Below, piece by piece: positions 58,090-64,000 of a stretch of DNA of 64,000 nucleotides. Below the pieces are notes generated by a model. That model saw nothing but the letters and a program-made list of their open reading frames with translations. It was not told where the DNA came from and made no database searches. Source of the DNA: a virus; the IMG/VR virus record IMGVR_UViG_3300037137_001673, positions 1 to 64,000 of that record; one strand, 5' to 3'. Numbering within the stretch: the first letter of the stretch is position 1; each line of letters opens with the position of its first letter. The position numbers and the translations under genes were made by a program.

Positions 58090-58161
58090 TGCGGATTGTT
58101 AGAGTTGAACTAACGACTTTTTGCGTGTCGAGCAAATACTCTACCACTAAGTTAAACCCGC
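58090..58161 (-). tRNA. tRNA-Val(GAC)
   Basis: TTTGC-TCGACAC-GCAAA. Confidence 0.85.
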
Positions 58162-58164
58162 ATT

Positions 58165-58240
58165 TCGGAGTAGCTGGGTACGATCCAGCAAGTCTTCGCG
58201 TTCGAAGCGCGAGATTTTATCCAATTTAAACTATACTCCG
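58165..58240 (-). tRNA. tRNA-Arg(TCG)
   Basis: TCGCG-CTTCGAA-CGCGA; atypical ATCGTAC T-loop. Confidence 0.82.
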
Positions 58241-58384
58241 GAAAAAATAAAAGGTGCATAAAATTTCACTGAGACAATTGAGTAATCAATTATCTATAGA
58301 AGCCCCTATCGTAAAAATGATAGGAAATGCACCTTTTTCAGATATGTTTTTAAAGAGGATACCGCCTCTATTATATTTTATAAA

Positions 58385-58465
58385 AGGGCTGGCTCGCAAC
58401 TGCTGAGCCAACTGGCTATTTATTAGGCCCCTGCGGTCTGCCAGCGTGCCGAGGTTCCACGCCCT
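58385..58465 (-). ncRNA. Compact GC-rich four-way-junction RNA
   Basis: AGGGC/GCCCT closing stem with three internal hairpins. Confidence 0.45.
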
Positions 58466-58466
58466 A

Positions 58467-58540
58467 TGGAGATAAAGAGAATCGAACTCTTAACCTACAG
58501 ACTGCCAGCCTGTTGCTCTGCCATATTGAGCTATATCCCC
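58467..58540 (-). tRNA. tRNA-Ala(GGC)
   Basis: G3:U70; ACAGG-CTGGCAG-TCTGT. Confidence 0.9.
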
Positions 58541-58550
58541 GTTATTAAAC

Positions 58551-58814
58551 TTATCCCGATGGACCTGACCCAGTAATCAACTCTTCTGATTTACATTTAC
58601 TACATCTATAAACACAATAACTACCATTCAATTCTCCAGTGCTTTTCCATCTGTGTTTGCATTTTGAATTATAGTTGTGCTTTTTATCAAAGAAATATTT
58701 TTTTGGAGATAAAAACATCATTGCTATTACTACTAACATTCCTAGAAACATTATCCCTAGAAACATTATCAATATCAAACTCAGAATTATTGTCAACATC
58801 ATTGTTCCTTTCAT
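58551..58814 (-). CDS. Small membrane protein with Zn finger
   Basis: Transmembrane segment; CKHRW...CSKC. Confidence 0.55.
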   Translation of the reverse strand: MKGTMMLTIILSLILIMFLGIMFLGMLVVIAMMFLSPKKYFFDKKHNYNSKCKHRWKSTGELNGSYCVYRCSKCKSEELITGSGPSG

Positions 58815-58827
58815 TCATTTTACCATA

Positions 58828-59088
58828 TTAGAAAATTCCCTGTTGAATGAAGTATCTAAACAATCTGCCACGACTTTTAATCCATTCAATAGAAATTCCA
58901 ATTGCTGATTTTAGTCCTTTAGGTTTGCCTATTTCTGTATCTTGGAAATCATAAGCAGCTGGACACATATCGCAAGGTTTTTCATTAATTTCACCATACC
59001 CAGCATTGCAGCAATTGTTTTTACATTTCCAGCATACAACCATCCAAGTTTTACAAAGTAAACAGTATTCCCATTTGTATGGGTTCAC
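58828..59088 (-). CDS. Cys-rich hypothetical protein
   Basis: Multiple CxxC; coupled to pth2. Confidence 0.55.
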   Translation of the reverse strand: MNPYKWEYCLLCKTWMVVCWKCKNNCCNAGYGEINEKPCDMCPAAYDFQDTEIGKPKGLKSAIGISIEWIKSRGRLFRYFIQQGIF

Positions 59089-59480
59089 AGCAGTTTCAAT
59101 TCTCCTGTTATTGCATCTATTTTTTCTTCTTCATCTGGACCTATTGCTATACAAGTATTTGTAGGCATTCCATGAAATTCTGTAAGCCCGTTATCTTTAA
59201 TAAGAGCATTAGGAATTTTTGCTTCAAAAGCTTTTTTCTGTATTTCTAGAAGTTCTTCTTCGCTATTAACACCAACTACAATTTTAGTAAAAGAACCATC
59301 TCCATAATTCATCCATTTAATCATGGGTTCAGGTATATTAAATATTTCAAATCTGTCATGGTCAGTCCATTCTGCCATATCGAAAAACACTTTCATTGAG
59401 GCATGAGCTACCTGTGCGGCAAGTTTTCCTTTCCGCATATTTAAATCTTTACGAACTACTATTACTTGTTTTACGCTCAT
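59085..59480 (-). CDS. pth2: Peptidyl-tRNA hydrolase type 2
   Basis: KQVIVVRKDLNMRKGKLAAQVAHAS, KIVV, DNGLTE, IAIGP, ITGELKLL. Confidence 0.95.
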   Translation of the reverse strand: MSVKQVIVVRKDLNMRKGKLAAQVAHASMKVFFDMAEWTDHDRFEIFNIPEPMIKWMNYGDGSFTKIVVGVNSEEELLEIQKKAFEAKIPNALIKDNGLTEFHGMPTNTCIAIGPDEEEKIDAITGELKLL

Positions 59481-59598
59481 GTTTTTCTAAAAATTACCAT
59501 TAAAGCTTCAGCTGTTATATTAAGCCCTCTACTAGCTATATATTTTCCAAGTTTTGAATTAAATAAATAAACTATATTTTTAATTTTGTTATTTATAG

Positions 59599-59671
59599 AG
59601 GGATAGATAGGAATCGAACCTACAAAATGATGGGTTGCAATCATCCGCCTTTGCCATTCAGCCACTATCCC
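59599..59671 (-). tRNA. tRNA-Cys(GCA)
   Basis: TTGCAAC loop; U73; GGTTCGATTCC. Confidence 0.85.
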
Positions 59672-59673
59672 AT

Positions 59674-59748
59674 TGGACCTTGCGTGATTTGAACACGCCT
59701 GAATTTCTCGGTGCAAGCGAGACGACCACCCTAGCAGTCCCAAAGCCC
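59674..59748 (-). tRNA. tRNA-Ala(TGC)
   Basis: G3:U70; TCTCG-CTTGCAC-CGAGA. Confidence 0.88.
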
Positions 59749-59752
59749 TATT

Positions 59753-59830
59753 CTCCGGCGGCTGGACTCGGACCAGCGACCCTTTGTTTAACAGACAAAC
59801 GCTTTTATCTACCATCTGAGCTACGCCGGA
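59753..59830 (-). tRNA. tRNA-Asn(GTT), enlarged D loop
   Basis: TTTGT-CTGTTAA-ACAAA; TCC 5' end; G73. Confidence 0.85.
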
Positions 59831-59841
59831 AAGTTTTCAAT

Positions 59842-59922
59842 AGCTAATAGTAGGATTTGAACCCACGGTGTTTGTATTCTTGCTTACAAAGCAAGCCCAT
59901 TCGACCACTCTGGCATATTAGC
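59842..59922 (-). tRNA. tRNA-Thr(TGT) with unusually long variable region
   Basis: CTTGC-TTTGTAA-GCAAG; 12-nt variable region. Confidence 0.8.
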
Positions 59923-59927
59923 AATAG

Positions 59928-59998
59928 AGCGACATGTCAGACTTAAACTGACCTCTCTAGCTTGGAAGGCTAGGGCACAATCTCTATACCAATGTCGC
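59928..59998 (-). tRNA. tRNA-Gly(TCC)
   Basis: GCG 5' end; U73; CTAGC-CTTCCAA-GCTAG. Confidence 0.82.
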
Positions 59999-60001
59999 AT
60001 A

Positions 60002-60074
60002 CGGAGTTGATGGGTGACACTCCCACTATTTCAAGATTGACAATCTTGCGGCTCTGTTGACTGCCTCCAACTCC
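60002..60074 (-). tRNA. tRNA-Asp(GTC), atypical T loop
   Basis: CAAGA-TTGTCAA-TCTTG; G73. Confidence 0.75.
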
Positions 60075-60265
60075 AAACTTATTTCTTCTTAAATATGCCT
60101 TTGATTTTATTCCATAGCCATGCTGCTGCATCAGCAATTGCTTTCATAACTACATCACCAGCATACTTACCAACGAAAAATGCTATAACTACTAATGCTA
60201 ACCAAATCAACCACATATATTGCCTCTTTTATTTATCTTAACATTTAATTTAATTTTTGTCAAGC

Positions 60266-60649
60266 TTACATGTGCCAGCTTAAAACCTTTTCTCCATAAT
60301 CAGCTGGACTTCCTGCTAGCAAATCAAGCAATTCTTTTCTTGAACCGCCAACATTAGTTAGCAAGCAAAATAGGATTGTAGAAAAAATAAGACAGGCCAT
60401 AAATGTAGGCAAGAACACAATTATTGATTCTGATTTTTTCATAACCAAAATACAAATAATTATGAGAGAAACAAAATAAATAATTTCTAGTAAAAAACTA
60501 TGAGTTGCCCCACCAATAAATACTCCACCAATATATCCAATAATGGCTGGAACAAGCAATCCTATTAGAAGAACGCCTACTGCTTTCCCTAAAAAATTAT
60601 CCATTTTTCCTTTCCTTAGTCCCACAAATAAAACATGTATTTTACACAA
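60266..60649 (-). CDS. Membrane protein (about three TM segments; true start probably MDNF near 60604)
   Basis: Hydrophobic segments. Confidence 0.55.
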   Translation of the reverse strand: MCKIHVLFVGLRKGKMDNFLGKAVGVLLIGLLVPAIIGYIGGVFIGGATHSFLLEIIYFVSLIIICILVMKKSESIIVFLPTFMACLIFSTILFCLLTNVGGSRKELLDLLAGSPADYGEKVLSWHM

Positions 60650-60966
60650 AGCTTTTCTGCTTTTCGCATTCTTTCTTTGTTTTCATCCATTTCTTTCCAG
60701 TCATCCCTAATGAGTAGTTTCACAAACCACAGCATTTCCTTAAGAACATCAGTGTAAGCTTTGTCCCCATTGACATCTCCCAGTTTTTCAAACTCACTAG
60801 GAAATCCATAGTGATTATGGATTAGGTGAGTAAGTCTAGGAACAATCCATTTACACATTGCTATACCAAAATCCCATACTTCATCATTAGAATAACCACG
60901 AGTTATTTTTTGATAGAGTAGTTTAATTTTATAAGTAATGCTTTTACCAAAATATCCAATACGCAT
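60616..60966 (-). CDS. Hypothetical phage protein
   Basis: RGYS-x-x-EVW, GFP, C-terminal FYLWD. Confidence 0.65.
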   Translation of the reverse strand: MRIGYFGKSITYKIKLLYQKITRGYSNDEVWDFGIAMCKWIVPRLTHLIHNHYGFPSEFEKLGDVNGDKAYTDVLKEMLWFVKLLIRDDWKEMDENKERMRKAEKLCVKYMFYLWD

Positions 60967-60983
60967 ATTTTTTTCCTTTTTAC

Positions 60984-61073
60984 CGGAAAGTAAGAGATTT
61001 GAACTCTTGAACCTTGTTTAAGGGTTGCGGCGTTAGCGGTGCCGTGGTTTTAGCCAGACTCACCCAACTTTCC
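60984..61073 (-). tRNA. tRNA-Ser(GCT)
   Basis: CCGCTAA loop; long variable arm; G73. Confidence 0.87.
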
Positions 61074-61759
61074 TAATTTAAATTTCCTTTAATTTCTGTA
61101 TTTCAGTTTTTTCTTCTTTGCTGATTTCTTCGATGAGTATTTCATTAACGAGTTCATTAAAGGTAATGTCTCGTCTGTGTGCTTCTCTTGCTAGAAAGAG
61201 AAATTCTTCATCGCTTATTTCAACCTCTACATTAACCATTTTTTCCTCGTTCATTTATTGCTCCTTCTTGAAGTATATAATTTGTCCAGAACCATCCTTT
61301 AATAAAACTATAATAATAAGTCTTTTTTTCAATTATTAAAAAGTTAAACATCTTGGATAAATAAATAACTTTATCCATTTATTTAGTATCTCCAGTTGTT
61401 ACTTCTATATTTAATATATCTATATTTACAACTATGTAAGAACTATCGCCAGCTTTTACCTTTGCTAAAGTCATCTTATCTTGTAAATTCCAAACTTCTT
61501 CAATAGTTCCATTGAAATTTATATAAGATACTTTTTTATTTACTAATTTTTCTGCTTCTTCTAATTTCATTTATTTATTTTTCTTCTCAAGAGAGGAAAG
61601 TAATTCATCAACTTCGGAAGCTAGATAAACTTCTGTATGTCTCTCGTTATGGAAAGCATGGGCAATAATCATTGCTGGAGTCATGTCTTTGTAGGCTTCT
61701 ACTAAACAAGTATCTGCCCAATATAACTTCAATTTATTCATTTCCTAACTCCTAAAATA

Positions 61760-61788
61760 ATTATATCACAAATTTTGATTTTTGTAAA
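61760..61788 (-). promoter_or_regulatory. Sigma70-type promoter
   Basis: TTTACA-17-TATAAT with TG extension. Confidence 0.75.
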
Positions 61789-61832
61789 TAACTATTCACG
61801 AAAACCGCCCTTCTGCCACATATATCTTAGAC

Positions 61833-62212
61833 AAAAAAATGGGCACCAGGCTTGCCTACAAGAGCTTACCCAGCACCCATACGGAACTTTCCCCGTAGTC
61901 ATTGTGTCTTTTCCACAACGTCAGTGTAAAAGGTCTGGAAGGTAATTTATTTTTAAGTGTAAATTTCCACTACCACGAAACCACTCCCCGTATCTTTTTC
62001 GAGGCGTCACTTCCATTTACGATGATGGTTGCCTAACGGATACTTTATCAGTCACCTAGTCTTCCCTAGGAGCCATACACATAAACCTTTTCGCTGGCGA
62101 TCAACCCAGCAGTTTTTATTGCTTCGTTCCATATTTAATGATAGGGGAGGCAATAAGATCGCAATTGGTGCGAAGCATCCGCATACGCAGGTGACATTCG
62201 ACAAAAGCGAAC
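61833..62212 (-). ncRNA. Candidate structured RNA B in tRNA(CAT) 3' trailer
   Basis: Shares GTTARRCAACC, ATGGAAGT-S-AC and TGAC/GAAAG hairpins with RNA A; ends in terminator. Confidence 0.55.
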
Positions 62213-62284
62213 TGGTAGGGTCCAGAGTCGAACTGGAATCATTCACCTTATGAGAGTGACAATCTACCATTAATATACCCTACT
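62213..62284 (-). tRNA. tRNA with CAT anticodon (Met or lysidine Ile2)
   Basis: TCACT-CTCATAA-GGTGA; GTTCGAC; lacks initiator 3 G-C pairs. Confidence 0.85.
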
Positions 62285-62410
62285 ACGAAAATGCGAAGAG
62301 AAACGACCGTATCAAGAGAGCATCGAACGAAGTAACCGCATCAATTACAGCGCCTAGCTCTTGGTGGATTCTCAATTAATGAACGCCTTACGGCAGGTCA
62401 TTCTAAAAAA

Positions 62411-62741
62411 GAGAGAGAAAAAAATGGGTAGGATTAACATTTACCTACAAAGTAGATTCACTTTCAGATTATTCAGCCACTACACCCACTCCTCCGTCGA
62501 GAAGGGGCTTGTATGTAGGAAGGATTGAGTACCTTCAAGTCAGGCAGTGAGTAGTGCCATTATAATGGCTCAGGGATTTCTGCCCTTCTCCTTACTAGTT
62601 GTGCGAACCCCAAGGGTTGTACGACCCCCAACTAGCTTTCGTGCTTTATCTGCGCAGCGAACTTCTAGCTCTCACCAGTTCTTCACTGACAAGACGCCTT
62701 ATCCACCTCAATGGATTGTTCGGCAACCAAATTTTTCTCTC
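62411..62741 (-). ncRNA. Candidate ~330-nt end-paired structured RNA
   Basis: GAGAGAAAAA...TTTTTCTCTC closing helix; many GC-rich hairpins; no SD-led ORF. Confidence 0.5.
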
Positions 62742-62925
62742 AAATTTAAAAGAACTATACAACTATTGCCCTTTAGACAATAGAAGATCTGTTCCCACAC
62801 ATGGTGGGTCAGGTTTTAATCGTTCTGACTTTCGCACAGAACTGGGCGACTGCGTCTCTACCGCAATTTTAACCTTAAAGTAGTTTCACCACCATCTAGG
62901 CTGTCCACTACTAAAATTACAAAAT

Positions 62926-63007
62926 AAAGGAACAAGGATTTGAAAGACGAGATGCCCGAAGGCGATAACATTTACAGTGTTGATAACGCCTTTTCATTCA
63001 GTTCCTT
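62926..63007 (-). pseudogene. tRNA-Tyr-like RNA with degenerate D and T arms
   Basis: AAGGAAC/GTTCCTT acceptor; AACA-CTGTAAA-TGTT; GCC-TTCG-GGC variable arm. Confidence 0.55.
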
Positions 63008-63015
63008 ATATTATT

Positions 63016-63044
63016 ATCTTATCACAATGATTGAAAATTGTCAA
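63016..63044 (-). promoter_or_regulatory. Sigma70-type promoter heading non-coding unit
   Basis: TTGACA-17-TAAGAT with TG extension. Confidence 0.7.
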
Positions 63045-63412
63045 TCATCTTCTGTTTCAATTTCCTGTGTGGCAAGATATGAAGTTGTATTTGACAAATA
63101 GGATTGCGACCAACCCCATTGATCTTCAACATAATTTATAGCATCTTGCTCGGAAAGCTTTATTTCTTTTCTTGTGTCTATTGTTACAAAACGAATTGCT
63201 CTATCGTAATCATTTACATGTTCTTCTGGAACTGGCAGAGTAAAAAATACTCTCAACTTTTTTCCAGAAGAAATATTGTCAATGTTCTGCTTTAAAACTT
63301 CTATTGCTTTTTGTTTATAAAGAGCAACCGCTTTTACAAACTTTTCATGATGTTCGTCTCTATTTTTTACTAGTATAGAAATAAGCACATTCTTTTCTAT
63401 CATTAAATCCAT
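63041..63412 (-). CDS. Hypothetical phage protein
   Basis: AAGGAG SD; P-x-x-H-x-x-DYDRAI, YVEDQWGW. Confidence 0.7.
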   Translation of the reverse strand: MDLMIEKNVLISILVKNRDEHHEKFVKAVALYKQKAIEVLKQNIDNISSGKKLRVFFTLPVPEEHVNDYDRAIRFVTIDTRKEIKLSEQDAINYVEDQWGWSQSYLSNTTSYLATQEIETEDD

Positions 63413-63424
63413 ACATTCTCCTTA

Positions 63425-63500
63425 TAGGGCTTATCAGATTTGAACTGATGATTTTAAGATTGAAAATCTTACGTCCTAGACCAAGCTAGACGAAAGCCCC
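63425..63500 (-). tRNA. tRNA-Glu(TTC), second copy
   Basis: TAAGA-TTTTCAA-TCTTA; CGTCTAG...AGGACG D arm. Confidence 0.88.
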
Positions 63501-63654
63501 ATGTTCGATATAAATAGATTGGATGACATATTGCCAGTCGACGGGCAGTTAGTCAGTTGCCCAATCACCTTCTGTGGAATAGTCCCGTTAAGCCATATAG
63601 ACCTTGACTATCAGGTATTAGAACTATCGTCCTAATTTTAGCCGTCGCACATAT

Positions 63655-63755
63655 ACGTTCTTAAGGAATCGAACCGAAATTTCCTAGCTGAGTGGCTAGG
63701 CGTCCTGAAATTTCCAGACGAATGTCCTTTGATTTACTCCATTAGACGAAGAACG
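63655..63755 (-). pseudogene. Glu-like tRNA with duplicated D arm
   Basis: CGTTCTT/AAGAACG acceptor; two TTCGTCT...AGGAC units; CCTAGC-CACTCA-GCTAGG. Confidence 0.55.
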
Positions 63756-63760
63756 CTCGA

Positions 63761-63875
63761 TGGAAACGGTAGGGGTTGAACCTACATTTACTCAGTGGAT
63801 ACTGTCGCTCACACTTTTCTTTACTGCCCTGAATTCTTGTTTTAGATCTAAACTTAATTCATTTCAGTCGTTTCC
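63761..63875 (-). ncRNA. 115-nt RNA with tRNA acceptor stem and T arm only
   Basis: GGAAACG/CGTTTCC plus A; GTAGG-TTCAACC-CCTAC. Confidence 0.6.
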
Positions 63876-63964
63876 GTTAAAAGAGAGAATACTTATAGGG
63901 GCTTAACCTATCATACATCTACTTTAATAGCTACAGAAAAGTAGGTATTCTCTCTTTACTTTTT

Positions 63965-63993
63965 ATTATATCACAATTTTTGTTTTTCGTCAA
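63965..63993 (-). promoter_or_regulatory. Sigma70-type promoter
   Basis: TTGACG-17-TATAAT with TG extension. Confidence 0.75.
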
Positions 63994-64000
63994 ATTAAAA

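Noticed and set aside
58249-58465. Hammerhead or HDV-like (theta) ribozymes at tRNA 3' ends
   Set aside because: No CUGANGA/GAAA core, and the spacing is too short for the nested HDV pseudoknot by eye; a covariance-model search is still worthwhile.
59477-59847. ORFs 59477..59815 (-) and 59635..59847 (+)
   Set aside because: They run through three tRNA genes; spurious.
49135-62212. RNase P RNA, suggested by GGGAAAGTTC
   Set aside because: The motif lies near the 3' end inside a hairpin and no partner P4 strand was found.
62029-62883. Short ORFs in the GC-rich island
   Set aside because: No SD, atypical composition, overlap a tRNA or structured RNA.
63761-63875. tmRNA
   Set aside because: Only 115 nt, A3:U70 rather than G3:U70, and no tag reading frame.
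1-64000. Alternative genetic code (stop reassignment)
   Set aside because: Core genes are full length in code 11, all three stops are used, and no suppressor tRNA was seen.

Overview
A 64-kb, AT-rich segment of a large T4-like (gp23-type capsid) myovirus infecting a bacterium, read in the standard genetic code. 1-5.5 kb: head genes (prohead protease gp21, scaffold gp22, major capsid gp23). 5.5-12.5 kb: a minus-strand island (HNH, lipoprotein, AAA ATPase, HExxH/vWA protein, MoxR-like AAA, GIY-YIG). 12.8-40.6 kb: neck and tail genes; about 21 kb of appendage genes sit between gp13 and gp14, including GC-rich beta-helix cassettes, paired adaptor paralogues and a 2249-aa repeat scaffold, followed by gp14, gp15 and sheath gp18. 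40.7-48.6 kb: minus-strand early genes (three paralogues with a conserved W-x-S-C motif, an M20-like peptidase, an Rnl2-like ligase). 48.8-64 kb: about 24 tRNAs, several tRNA-like RNAs, many structured non-coding RNAs, homing endonucleases, a B12 radical SAM enzyme and Pth2. The most novel-looking signals are: (1) strong enrichment of a [G/A]-D-[S/T] tripeptide in virion proteins, a candidate modification sequon; (2) a modular neck-appendage locus whose free-standing foreign cassettes are homologous to domains inserted in the repeat scaffold and share its linker repeat; (3) a two-member family of tRNA-trailer ncRNAs with TGAC/GAAAGA hairpin arrays, one inside a 1.2-kb apparently non-coding transcription unit; (4) a GTAAAG[A/T]TA late-promoter motif found exactly 5 nt before five start codons; (5) homing endonucleases whose stop codons lie inside tRNAs and whose RBSs are hairpin-sequestered. 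All calls come from reading motifs by eye; no searches were run.
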